A DNA stretch of 64,000 nt. It comes from Eledone cirrhosa (lineage: Eukaryota). The notes below the pieces were generated by a model. The model did no database searches and was not told the origin of the DNA. It saw only the letters and a list, made by a program, of their open reading frames with translations. Positions within the stretch are counted from its first letter, which is position 1. Every line of letters begins with the position of its first letter. A program made the position numbers and the translations under genes. Positions 28,301-44,499 of the stretch are shown one piece after another. Location of the stretch: contig OZ024744.1 of the NCBI GenBank assembly GCA_964016885.1, positions 47,864,001 to 47,928,000 of the forward strand, read 5' to 3'.

Positions 28301-31300
28301 GACTATCAAGAACATAACACCAGCAACATTAGACTATCAATACCATAACACCAACCACATTAGACTATCAAGAACAGAACACCAACCACATTAGACTATC
28401 AAGACCAGAACACCAACAACAATAGACTATCAAGACCAGAACACCAACCACATTAGACTATCAAGAACAGAACACCAACCATATTAGACTATCAAGACCA
28501 GAACACCAACCACATTAGACTATCAAGAACAGAACACCAACCATATTAGACTATCAAGACCAGAACACCAACCACATTAGACTATCAAGAACAGAACACC
28601 AACCACATTAGACTATCAAGAACAGAACACCAACCACATTAGACTATCAAGACCAGAACACCAACCACATCACATTAGCCTATCAAGAACAGAACACCAA
28701 CCACATTAGACTATCAAGACCAGAACACCAACCACATTAGACTATCAAGAACAGAACACAAACAACATTAGACTATCAAGACCAGAACACCAACCACATT
28801 AGACTATCAAGACCAGAACACCAAACACATTACACTATCAAGAACAGAACACCAACCACATTAGACTATCAAGAACAGAACACCAACCACATTAGACTAT
28901 CAAGAACAGAACACCAACCACATTAGACTATCAAGAACAGAACACCAACCACATTAGACTATCAAGAACAGAACACCAACCACATTAGACTATCAAGAAC
29001 AGAACACAAACCACATTAGACTATCAAGACCAGAACATTAACAGCATCACATAGTCTATCAAGACCAGAACAGCAACAACATCACATTAGACTATCAAGA
29101 CCAGAACACCACCCACATCACATTAGACTATCAAGACCAGAACACCAAACACATCACATTAGACTGTCAAGACCAGAACACCAACCACATTAGACTACCA
29201 AGACCAGAACACCAACCACATCACATTGGACTATTAAGACCAGAACACCAACCACATTAGACTATCAAGACCAGAACTCCAACCACATTAGACTATCAAG
29301 ACCAGAACACCAACCACATCACATTAGACTATCAAAACCATAACACCAACCACATTAGACTATCAAGACCATAACACCAACCACATTAGACTATCAAGAC
29401 CAGAACAACAACTAGATCACATTAGACTATCAAGACCAGAACATCAACAATATCATTTTAGACTATCAAGACCAGAACACCAACAACATAACATTAGACT
29501 ATCAAGACCAGAACACCAACCACATCACATTAGACTATCAAGACCGGAACACCAACCACATCACATTAGACTATCAAGACCAGAACACCAACCACATCAC
29601 ATTAGACTATCAAGACGTGAACACCAACCACATTAGACTATCAAGACCAGAACACCAACCACATTAGACTATCAAGACCAGAACACCAACCACATTAGAC
29701 TATCAAGACCAGAACACCAACCACATCACATTAGACTATCAAGACCAGAACACCAACCACATTAGATTTCAAGACCAGAACACCAACCACATTATACTAT
29801 CAAGACCAGAACACCAACCACATTAGACTATCAAGACCAGAACACCAACCACATCACATTAGACTATCAAGAACAGAACACCAACCACATCACATTAGAC
29901 TATCAAGACCAGTACACCAACCACATCACATTAGACTATCAAGACCAGAACACCAACCACATCACATTAGACTATCAAGACGTGAACACCAACCACATTA
30001 GACTATCAAGACCAGAACACCAACAACATTAGACTATCAAGACCAGAACACCAACCACATTAGACTATCAAGACCAGAACACCAACCACATCACATTAGA
30101 CTATCAAGACCAGAACACCAACAACATCACATTAGACTACCAAGACCATAACACCAACCATATTAAACTATCAAGACCAGAACACCAACCACATCACATT
30201 AGACTATCAAGACCAGAACACCAACCACATTAGACTATCAAGACCAGAACACCAATCACATTAGACTATCAAGACCAGAACACCAACCACATCACATTAG
30301 AATATCAAGACCAGAACACCAACCACATTAGACTATCAAGACCAGAACACCAACCACATCACATTAGACTATCAAGACCAGAACACCAACCACATTAGAC
30401 TATCAAGAACAGAACACCAACCACATTAGACTATCAAGAAAAGAACACCAACCACATTAGACTATCAAGACCAGAACACCAACCACATCACATTAGACTA
30501 TCAAGACCAGAACACCAACAACATCACAATAGACTATAAAGACCAGAACACCAACAACATCACATTAGACTATCAAGACCAGAACACCACCCACATCACA
30601 TTAGACTATCAAAACCAGAACACCAAACACATCACATAAGACTATCAAGACCAGAACACCAACCACATTAGACTACCATGACCAGAACAACAACCACATC
30701 ACATTAGACTATTAAGACCAGAACACCAACCACATCACATTAGACTATCAAGACCAGAACACCAACCACATTAGACTATCAAGACCAGAACTCCAACCAC
30801 ATCACATTAGACTATCAAGACCAGAACACCAACCACATTAGACTATCAAGACCAGAACACCAACCACATCACATTAGACTATCAAGACCAGAACACCAAC
30901 CACATCACATTAGACTATCAAGACCAGAACACCAACCACATCACATTAGACTATCAAGACCATAACACCAACCACATTAGACTATCAAGACCATAACACC
31001 AACCACATTAGACTATCAAGACCAGAACACCAACCACATTAGACTATCAAGACCAGAACACCAACCACATTAGACTATCAAGACCAGAACACCAATCACA
31101 TCACATAAGACTATCAAGACCAGAACATAAACCACATCACATTAGACTATCAAGACCAGAACACCAACCACATCACATTAGACTATCAAGACCAGAACAC
31201 CAACCACATCACATTAGACCATCAAGACCAGAACACCAACCACATCACATTAGACTATCAAGACCAGAACACCAACCACATCACATTAGACTATCAAGAC

Positions 31301-31508
31301 CAGAACACCAACCACATTAGACTATCAAGACCAGAACACCAACCACATTAGACTATCAAGACCAGAACACCAACCACATTAGACTATCAAGACCAGAACA
31401 CCAACCACATCACATAAGACTATCAAGACCAGAACATAAACCACATCACATTAGACTATCAAGACCAGAACACCAACCACATCACATTAGACTATCAAGA
31501 CCAGAACA

Positions 31509-34500
31509 CCAACCACATCACATTAGACTATCAAGACCAGAACACTAACCACATTAGACTATCAAGACCAGAACACCAAACACATTAGACTATCAAGACC
31601 AGAACACCAACCACATTAGACTATCAAGACCAGAACACCAACCACATTAGACTATCAAGACCAGAACTCCAACCACATTAGACTATCAAGACCAGAACAC
31701 CAACCACATCACATTAGACTATCAAGACCAGAACACCAACAATATCATTTTAGACTATCAAGACCAGAACACCAACCACATTAGACTATCAAGACCAGAA
31801 CACCAACAACATTAGACTATCAAGACCAGAACACCAACCACATCACATTAGACTATCAAGACCAGAACACCAACCACGTTAGACTATCAAGACCAGAACA
31901 CCAACCACATCACATTTGACTATCAAGACCAGAACACCAACCACATCACATTAGACTATCAAGACCAGAACACAAACCACATCACATTAGACTATCAAGA
32001 CCAGAACACCAACCACATCACATTAGACTATCAAGACCAGAACACCAACCACATTAGACTATCAAGACCAGAACTCCAACCACATTAGACTATCAAGAGA
32101 AGAACACCAACCACATCACATTAGACTATCAAGACCAGAACTCCAACCACATTAGACTATCAAGACCAGAACACCAACAACATTAGACTATCAACACCAG
32201 AACACCAACCACATTAGACTATCAAGACCAGAACTCCAACCACATTAGACTATCAAGACCAGAACACCAACCACATTAGACTATCAAGACCAGAACACCA
32301 ACCACATCACATTTGACTATCAAGACCAGAACACCAACCACATCACATTAGACTATCAACACCAGAAAACCAACCACATCACATTAGACTATCAAGACCA
32401 GAACACCAACCACATCACATTAGACTATCAAGACCAGAACACCAACCACATTAGACTATCAAGACCAGAACACCAACCACATCACATTAGACTATCAAGA
32501 CAGAACACCAACCACATTATACTATCAAGACCAGAACACCAACCACATTAGACTATCAAGACCAGAACACCAACCACATCACATTAGACTATCAAGACCA
32601 GAACACCAACCACATTAGACTATCAAGACCAGAACACCAACCACATTAGACTATCAAGACCAGAACACCAACCACATTAGACTATCAAGACCAGAACACC
32701 AACCACATTAGACTATCAAGACCAGAACACCAACCACATTAGACTATCAAGACCAGAACACCAACCACATTAGACTATCAAGACCAGAACACCAACCACA
32801 TCACATTAGACTATCAAGACCAGAACACCAAACACATTAGACTATCAAGACCAGAACACCAACCACATTAGACTATCAAGACCAGAACACCAACCACATT
32901 AGACTATCAAGACCATAACACCAACCACATCACATCAGACTATCAAGAGCAGAACACCAACCACATTAGACTATCAAGACCAGAACACCAACCACATTAG
33001 ACAATCAAGAACAGAACTCCAACCACATTACAATATCAAGACCAGAACACCAACCACATCACATTAGACTATCAAGACCAGAACACCAACCACATCACAT
33101 TAGACTATCAAGACCAGAACACCAACCACATTAGACTATCATGACCAGAACACCAACCACATTAGACTATCAAGACCATAACACCAACCACATCACATCA
33201 GACTATCAAGAGCAGAACACCAACCACATTAGACTATCAAGACCAGAACACCAACCACATTAGACTATCAAGACCATAACACCAACCACATTAGACTATC
33301 AAGACCAGAACACCAACCACATTAGACTATCAAGACCAGAACACCAACCACATTAGACTATCAAGACCAGAACACCAACCACATTAGACTATCAAGACCA
33401 GAACACCAACCACATTAGACTATCAAGACCAGAACACCAACCACATCACATAAGACTATCAAGACCAGAACATAAACCACATCACATTAGACTATCAAGA
33501 CCAGAACACCAACCACATCACATTAGACTATCAAGACCAGAACACCAACCACATCACATTAGACTATCAAGACCTGAACACCAACCACATCACATTAGAC
33601 TATCAAGACCAGAACACCAACAACATCACATTAGACTATCAAGACCAGAACACCAACCACATTAGACTATCAAGAACAGAACACCAACAACATTAGACTA
33701 TCAAGACCATAACACCAACCACATTAGACTATCAAGAACAGAACACCAACCACATTAGACTATCAAGACCAGAACACCAACAACAATAGACTATCAAGAC
33801 CAGAACACCAACCACATTAGACTATCAAGAACAGAACACCAACCACATTAGACTATCAAGACAAGAACACCAACCACATTAGTCTATCAAGAACAGAACA
33901 CCAACAACATTAGACTATCAAGACCATAACACCAACCACATTAGACTATCAAGAACAGAACACCAACCACATTAGACTATCAAGACCAGAACACCAACAA
34001 CAATAGACTATCAAGACCAGAACACCAACCACATTAGACTATCAAGAACAGAACACCAACCACATTAGACTATCAAGACAAGAACACCAACCACATTAGA
34101 CTATCAAGAACAGAACACCAACCACATTAGACTATCAAGACCAGAACACCAACCACATCACATTAGCCTATCAAGAACAGAACACCAACCACATTAGACT
34201 ATCAAGACCAGAACACCAACCACATTATACTATCAAAACCAGAACACCAACCACATCACATTAGACTATCAAGACCAGAACACCAACCACATTAGACTAT
34301 CCAGACCAGAACACCAACCATATCACATTAGACTATCAAGACCTGAACACCAACAACATCACATTAGACTATCAAGACCAGAACACCAACAACATCACAT
34401 TAGACTATCAAGACCAGAACACCAACCACATTAGACTATCAAGAACATAACACCAACAACATTAGACTATCAAGAACATAACACCAACCACATTAGACTA

Positions 34501-37500
34501 TCAAGAACAGAACACCAACCACATTAGACTATCAAGAACAGAATACCAACCACATTAGACTATCAAGACCAGAACACCAACAACATCACATTAGCCTATC
34601 AAGAACAGAACACCAACCACATTAGACTATCAAGACCAGAACACCAACCACATTAGACTATCAAGACCAGAACACCAACCACATCACATTAGACTATCAA
34701 GACCAGAACACCAACCACATTAGACTATCAAGACAAGAACACCAACCACATCACATTAGAATATCAAGACCAGAACACCAATCACATCACATTAGACTAT
34801 CAAGACCTGAACACCAACCACATCACATTAGACTATCAACACCAGAACACCAACAACATCACATTAGACTATCAAGACCAGAACACCAACCATTTTAGAC
34901 TATCAAGAACATAACACCAGCAACATTAGACTATCAATACCATAACACCAACCACATTAGACTATCAAGAACAGAACACCAACCACATTAGACTATCAAG
35001 ACCAGAACACCAACAACAATAGACTATCAAGACCAGAACACCAACCACATTAGACTATCAAGAACAGAACACCAACCATATTAGACTATCAAGACCAGAA
35101 CACCAACCACATTAGACTATCAAGAACAGAACACCAACCACATTAGACTATCAAGACCAGAACAACAACCACATTAGACTATCAAGACCAGAACACCAAC
35201 CACATCACATTAGACTATCAAGACCAGAACACCAACCACATTAGACTATCAAGACCAGAACACCAACCACATCACATTAGACTATCAAGACCAGAACACC
35301 AACCACATCACATTAGACTATCAAGACCTGAACACCAACCACATCACATTAGACTATCAAGACCAGAACACCAACAACATCACATTAGACTATCAAGACC
35401 AGAACACCAACCACATTAGACTATCAAGAACAGAACACCAACAACATTAGACTATCAAGACCATAACACCAACCACATTAGACTATCAAGAACAGAACAC
35501 CAACCACATTAGACTATCAAGACCAGAACACCAACAACAATAGACTATCAAGACCAGAACACCAACCACATTAGACTATCAAGAACAGAACACCAACCAC
35601 ATTAGACTATCAAGACCAGACCACCAACCACATTAGACTATCAAGAACAGAATACCAACCACATTAGACTATCAAGAACAGAACACCAACCACATTAGAC
35701 TATCAAGACCAGAACACCAACCACATCACATTAGCCTATCAAGAACAGAACACCAACCACATTAGACTATCAAGACCAGAACACCAACCACATTAGACTA
35801 TCAAAACCAGAACACCAACCACATCACATTAGACTATCAAGACCAGAACACCACCCACATTAGACTATCAAGACCAGAACACCAACCACATCACATTAGA
35901 ATATCAAGACCAGAACACCAACCATATCACATTAGACTATCAAGACCTGAACACCAACCACATCACATTAGACTATCAAGACCAGAACACCAACAACATC
36001 ACATTAGACTATCAAGACCAGAACACAAACCACATTAGACTATCAAGAACATAACACCAACAACATTAGACTATCAAGACCATAACACCCACCACATTAG
36101 ACTATCAAGAACAGAATACCAACCACATTAGACTATCAAGACCAGAACACCAACAACAATAGACTATCAAGACCAGAACACCAACCACATTAGACTATCA
36201 AGAACAGAACACCAACCACATTAGACTATCAAGACCAGAACACCAACCACATTAGACTATCAAGAACAGAACACCAACCACACTAGACTATCAAGAACAG
36301 AACACCAACCACATTAGTCTATCAAGACCAGAACACCAACCACATCACATTAGCCTATCAAGAACAGAACACCAACCACATTAGACTATCAAGACCAGAA
36401 CACCAACCACATTAGACTATCAAGACAAGAACACCAACCACATCACATTAGACTATCAAGACCAGAACACCAACCACATCAGATTAGACTATCCTGACCA
36501 GAACACCAACCACATTAGACTATCAAGAACAGAACTCCAACCACATTACACTATCAAGACCAGAACTCCAACCACATCACATTAGACTATCAAGACCAGA
36601 ACACTAACCACATTAGACTATCAAGACCAGAACACCAACCACATTAGACTATCAAGACCAGAACACCAACCACATTAGACTATCAAGACCAGAACACCAA
36701 CCACATTAGACTATCAAGACCAGAACTCCAACCACATTAGACTATCAAGACCAGAACACCAACCACATCACATTAGACTATCAAGACCAGAACACCAACA
36801 ATATCATTTTAGACTATCAAGACCAGAACACCAACCACATTAGACTATCAAGACCAGAACACCAACAACATTAGACTATCAAGACCAGAACACCAACCAC
36901 ATCACATTAGACTATCAAGACCAGAACACCAACCACGTTAGACTATCAAGACCAGAACACCAACCACATCACATTTGACTATCAAGACCAGAACACCAAC
37001 CACATCACATTAGACTATCAAGACCAGAACACAAACCACATCACATTAGACTATCAAGACCAGAACACCAACCACATCACATTAGACTATCAAGACCAGA
37101 ACACCAACCACATTAGACTATCAAGACCAGAACTCCAACCACATTAGACTATCAAGAGAAGAACACCAACCACATCACATTAGACTATCAAGACCAGAAC
37201 TCCAACCACATTAGACTATCAAGACCAGAACACCAACAACATTAGACTATCAACACCAGAACACCAACCACATTAGACTATCAAGACCAGAACTCCAACC
37301 ACATTAGACTATCAAGACCAGAACACCAACCACATTAGACTATCAAGACCAGAACACCAACCACATCACATTTGACTATCAAGACCAGAACACCAACCAC
37401 ATCACATTAGACTATCAACACCAGAAAACCAACCACATCACATTAGACTATCAAGACCAGAACACCAACCACATCACATTAGACTATCAAGACCAGAACA

Positions 37501-40500
37501 CCAACCACATTAGACTATCAAGACCAGAACACCAACCACATCACATTAGACTATCAAGACAGAACACCAACCACATTATACTATCAAGACCAGAACACCA
37601 ACCACATTAGACTATCAAGACCAGAACACCAACCACATCACATTAGACTATCAAGACCAGAACACCAACCACATTAGACTATCAAGACCAGAACACCAAC
37701 CACATTAGACTATCAAGACCAGAACACCAACCACATTAGACTATCAAGACCAGAACACCAACCACATTAGACTATCAAGACCAGAACACCAACCACATTA
37801 GACTATCAAGACCAGAACACCAACCACATTAGACTATCAAGACCAGAACACCAACCACATCACATTAGACTATCAAGACCAGAACACCAAACACATTAGA
37901 CTATCAAGACCAGAACACCAACCACATTAGACTATCAAGACCAGAACACCAACCACATTAGACTATCAAGACCATAACACCAACCACATCACATCAGACT
38001 ATCAAGAGCAGAACACCAACCACATTAGACTATCAAGACCAGAACACCAACCACATTAGACAATCAAGAACAGAACTCCAACCACATTACAATATCAAGA
38101 CCAGAACACCAACCACATCACATTAGACTATCAAGACCAGAACACCAACCACATCACATTAGACTATCAAGACCAGAACACCAACCACATTAGACTATCA
38201 TGACCAGAACACCAACCACATTAGACTATCAAGACCATAACACCAACCACATCACATCAGACTATCAAGAGCAGAACACCAACCACATTAGACTATCAAG
38301 ACCAGAACACCAACCACATTAGACTATCAAGACCATAACACCAACCACATTAGACTATCAAGACCAGAACACCAACCACATTAGACTATCAAGACCAGAA
38401 CACCAACCACATTAGACTATCAAGACCAGAACACCAACCACATTAGACTATCAAGACCAGAACAACAACCACATTAGACTATCAAGACCAGAACACCAAC
38501 CACATCACATAAGACTATCAAGACCAGAACATAAACCACATCACATTAGACTATCAAGACCAGAACACCAACCACATCACATTAGACTATCAAGACCAGA
38601 ACACCAACCACATCACATTAGACTATCAAGACCTGAACACCAACCACATCACATTAGACTATCAAGACCAGAACACCAACAACATCACATTAGACTATCA
38701 AGACCAGAACACCAACCACATTAGACTATCAAGAACAGAACACCAACAACATTAGACTATCAAGACCATAACACCAACCACATTAGACTATCAAGAACAG
38801 AACACCAACCACATTAGACTATCAAGACCAGAACACCAACAACAATAGACTATCAAGACCAGAACACCAACCACATTAGACTATCAAGAACAGAACACCA
38901 ACCACATTAGACAATCAAGACAAGAACACCAACCACATTAGACTATCAAGAACAGAACACCAACAACATTAGACTATCAAGACCATAACACCAACCACAT
39001 TAGACTATCAAGAACAGAACACCAACCACATTAGACTATCAAGACCAGAACACCAACAACAATAGACTATCAAGACCAGAACACCAACCACATTAGACTA
39101 TCAAGAACAGAACACCAACCACATTAGACTATCAAGACAAGAACACCAACCACATTAGACTATCAAGAACAGAACACCAACCACATTAGACTATCAAGAC
39201 CAGAACACCAACCACATCACATTAGCCTATCAAGAACAGAACACCAACCACATTAGACTATCAAGACCAGAACACCAACCACATTATACTATCAAAACCA
39301 GAACACCAACCACATCACATTAGACTATCAAGACCAGAACACCAACCACATTAGACTATCCAGACCAGAACACCAACCATATCACATTAGACTATCAAGA
39401 CCTGAACACCAACAACATCACATTAGACTATCAAGACCAGAACACCAACAACATCACATTAGACTATCAAGACCAGAACACCAACCACATTAGACTATCA
39501 AGAACATAACACCAACAACATTAGACTATCAAGAACATAACACCAACCACATTAGACTATCAAGAACAGAACACCAACCACATTAGACTATCAAGAACAG
39601 AATACCAACCACATTAGACTATCAAGACCAGAACACCAACAACATCACATTAGCCTATCAAGAACAGAACACCAACCACATTAGACTATCAAGACCAGAA
39701 CACCAACCACATTAGACTATCAAGACCAGAACACCAACCACATCACATTAGACTATCAAGACCAGAACACCAACCACATTAGACTATCAAGACAAGAACA
39801 CCAACCACATCACATTAGAATATCAAGACCAGAACACCAATCACATCACATTAGACTATCAAGACCTGAACACCAACCACATCACATTAGACTATCAACA
39901 CCAGAACACCAACAACATCACATTAGACTATCAAGACCAGAACACCAACCATTTTAGACTATCAAGAACATAACACCAGCAACATTAGACTATCAATACC
40001 ATAACACCAACCACATTAGACTATCAAGAACAGAACACCAACCACATTAGACTATCAAGACCAGAACACCAACAACAATAGACTATCAAGACCAGAACAC
40101 CAACCACATTAGACTATCAAGAACAGAACACCAACCATATTAGACTATCAAGACCAGAACACCAACCACATTAGACTATCAAGAACAGAACACCAACCAC
40201 ATTAGACTATCAAGACCAGAACAACAACCACATTAGACTATCAAGACCAGAACACCAACCACATCACATTAGACTATCAAGACCAGAACACCAACCACAT
40301 TAGACTATCAAGACCAGAACACCAACCACATCACATTAGACTATCAAGACCAGAACACCAACCACATCACATTAGACTATCAAGACCTGAACACCAACCA
40401 CATCACATTAGACTATCAAGACCAGAACACCAACAACATCACATTAGACTATCAAGACCAGAACACCAACCACATTAGACTATCAAGAACAGAACACCAA

Positions 40501-41663
40501 CAACATTAGACTATCAAGACCATAACACCAACCACATTAGACTATCAAGAACAGAACACCAACCACATTAGACTATCAAGACCAGAACACCAACAACAAT
40601 AGACTATCAAGACCAGAACACCAACCACATTAGACTATCAAGAACAGAACACCAACCACATTAGACTATCAAGACCAGACCACCAACCACATTAGACTAT
40701 CAAGAACAGAATACCAACCACATTAGACTATCAAGAACAGAACACCAACCACATTAGACTATCAAGACCAGAACACCAACCACATCACATTAGCCTATCA
40801 AGAACAGAACACCAACCACATTAGACTATCAAGACCAGAACACCAACCACATTAGACTATCAAAACCAGAACACCAACCACATCACATTAGACTATCAAG
40901 ACCAGAACACCACCCACATTAGACTATCAAGACCAGAACACCAACCACATCACATTAGAATATCAAGACCAGAACACCAACCATATCACATTAGACTATC
41001 AAGACCTGAACACCAACCACATCACATTAGACTATCAAGACCAGAACACCAACAACATCACATTAGACTATCAAGACCAGAACACAAACCACATTAGACT
41101 ATCAAGAACATAACACCAACAACATTAGACTATCAAGACCATAACACCCACCACATTAGACTATCAAGAACAGAATACCAACCACATTAGACTATCAAGA
41201 CCAGAACACCAACAACAATAGACTATCAAGACCAGAACACCAACCACATTAGACTATCAAGAACAGAACACCAACCACATTAGACTATCAAGACCAGAAC
41301 ACCAACCACATTAGACTATCAAGAACAGAACACCAACCACACTAGACTATCAAGAACAGAACACCAACCACATTAGTCTATCAAGACCAGAACACCAACC
41401 ACATCACATTAGCCTATCAAGAACAGAACACCAACCACATTAGACTATCAAGACCAGAACACCAACCACATTAGACTATCAAGACAAGAACACCAACCAC
41501 ATCACATTAGACTATCAAGACCAGAACACCAACCACATCAGATTAGACTATCCTGACCAGAACACCAACCACATTAGACTATCAAGAACAGAACTCCAAC
41601 CACATTACACTATCAAGACCAGAACTCCAACCACATCACATTAGACTATCAAGACCAGAACAC
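31509..41663. repeat. Near-identical head-to-tail tandem duplication, period 5,059 bp, junction at ~36568-36603
   Basis: AACACTAACC 31541/36600, AAGACAGAA 32497/37556, CATTTTAGAC 34891/39950 and AGATTAGACTATCCTG 36481/41540 are all exactly 5,059 bp apart. I noticed only about four substitutions between the copies. Confidence 0.92.
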
Positions 41664-44499
41664 CAACCACATCACATTAGACTATCAAGACCAGAACACC
41701 AACCACATTAGACTATCATGACCAGAACACCAACCACATTAGACTATCAAGACCATAACACCAACCACATCACATCAGACTATCAAGAGCAGAACACCAA
41801 CCACATTAGACTATCAAGACCAGAACACCAACCACATTAGACTATCAAGACCAGAACACCAACCACATTAGACTATCAAGACCAGAACACCAACCACATT
41901 AGACTATCAAGACCAGAACACCAACCACATTAGACTATCAAGACCAGAACACCAACCACATTAGACTATCAAGACCAGAACACCAACCACATTAGACTAT
42001 CAAGACCAGAACACCAACCACATTAGACTATCAAGACCAGAACACCAACCACATCACATAAGACTATCAAGACCAGAACATAAACCACATCACATTAGAC
42101 TATCAAGACCAGAACACCAACCACATCACATTAGACTATCAAGACCAGAACACCAACCACATCACATTAGACTATCAAGACCTGAACACCAACCACATCA
42201 CATTAGACTATCAAGACCAGAACACCAACAACATCACATTAGACTATCAAGACCAGAACACCAACCACATTAGACTATCAAGAACAGAACACCAACAACA
42301 TTAGACTATCAAGACCATAACACCAACCACATTAGACTATCAAGAACAGAACACCAACCACATTAGACTATCAAGACCAGAACACCAACAACAATAGACT
42401 ATCAAGACCAGAACACCAACCACATTAGACTATCAAGAACAGAACACCAGCCACATTAGACTATCAAGACAAGAACACCAACCACATTAGAGTATCAAGA
42501 ACAGAACACCAACCACATTAGACTATCAAGAACAGAACACCAACCACATTAGACTATCAAGACCAGAACACCAACCACATCACATTAGCCTATCAAGAAC
42601 AGAACACCAACCACATTAGACTATCAAGACCAGAACTCCAACCACATTAGACTATCAAAACCAGAACACCAACCACATCACATTAGACTATCAAGACCAG
42701 AACACCAACCACATTAGACTATCAAGACAAGAACACCAACCACATTAGACTATCAAGAACAGAAGACCAACCACATTAGACTATCAAGAACAGAACACCA
42801 ACCACATTAGACTATCAAGACCAGAACACCAACAACATCACATTAGCCTATCAAGAACACCAACCACATTAGACTATCAAGACCAGAACACCAACCACAT
42901 TAGACTATCAAGGCCAGAACACCAACCACATCACATTAGACTATCAATACCAGAACACCAACCACATTAGACTATCAAGACCAGAACACCAACCACATCA
43001 CATTAGAATATCAAGACCAGAACACCAACCACATCACATTAGACTATCAAGACCTGAACACCAACCACATCACATTAGACTATCAACACCAGAACACCAA
43101 CAACATCACATTAGACTATCAAGACCAGAACACCAACCACATTAGACTATCAAGAACATAACACCAGCAACATTAGACTATCAAGACCATAACACCAACC
43201 ACATTAGACTATCAAGAACAGAACACCAACCACATTAGACTATCAAGACCAGAACACCAACAACAATAGACTATCAAGACCAGAACACCAACCACATTAG
43301 ACTATCAAGAACAGAACACCAACCACATTAGACTATCAAGACCAGAACACCAACCACATTAGACTATCAAGAACAGAACACCAACCACATTAGACTATCA
43401 AGAACAGAACACCAACCACATTAGACTATCAAGACCAGAACAACAACCACATTAGACTATCAAGACCAGAACACCAACCACATCACATTAGACTATCAAG
43501 ACCAGAACACCAACCACATTAGACTATCAAGACCAGAACACCAACCACATCACATTAGACTATCAAGACCAGAACACCAACCACATCACATTAGACTATC
43601 AAGACCTGAACACCAACCACATCACATTAGACTATCAAGACCATAACACCAACCACATTAGACTATCAAGAACAGAACACCAATCATATTAGACTATCAA
43701 GACCAGAACACCAAAAACAATAGACTATCAAGACCAGAACACCAACCACATTAGACTATCAAGAACAGAACACCAACCACATTAGACTATCAAGACCAGA
43801 ACACCAACCACATTAGACTATCAAGAACAGAACACCAACCACATTAGACTATCAAGAACAGAACACCAACCACATTAGACTATCAAGCCCAGAACACCAA
43901 CCACATCACATTAGCCTATCAAGAACAGAACACCAACCACATTAGACTATCAAGACCAGAACACCAACCACATTAGACTATCAAAACCAGAACACCAACC
44001 ACATCACATTAGACTATCAAGACCAGAACACCAACCACATTAGACTATCAAGACCAGAACACCAACCACATCACATTAGAATATCCAGACCAGAACGCCA
44101 ACCATATCACATTAGACTATCAAGACCTGAACACCAACCACATCACATTAGACTATCAAGACCAGAACACCAACAACATCACATTAGACTATCAAGACCA
44201 GAACACCAACCACATTAGACTATCAAGAACATAACACCAACAACATTAGACTATCAAGAACATAACACCAACCACATTAGACTATCAAGAACAGAACACC
44301 AACCACATTAGACTATCAAGAACAGAACACCAACCACATTAGACTATCAAGACCAGAACACCAACAACATCACATTAGCCTATCAAGAACAGAACACCAA
44401 CCACATTAGACTATCAAGACCAGAACACCAACCACATTAGACTATCAAGACCAGAACACCAACCACATCACATTAGACTATCAAGACCAGAACACCAAC

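Larger units (their letters stand above)
3611..43950. repeat. Long-range duplication: ~3.6-15.6 kb recurs at ~27.2-43.95 kb (offset ~23.6 kb, rising to ~28.4-28.8 kb after the internal 5,059-bp tandem duplication)
   Basis: The T of TATCATG at 3616/27190 and ACATTAACAG at 5461/29035 give offset 23,574; AAGAAAAGAA 6795/30436 gives 23,641 (+67); AAGACAGAA 8922/32497 gives 23,575. Later markers: CACCAGCCAC 13831/42445 and the 26-bp monomer 14466/42843. Confidence 0.8.
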
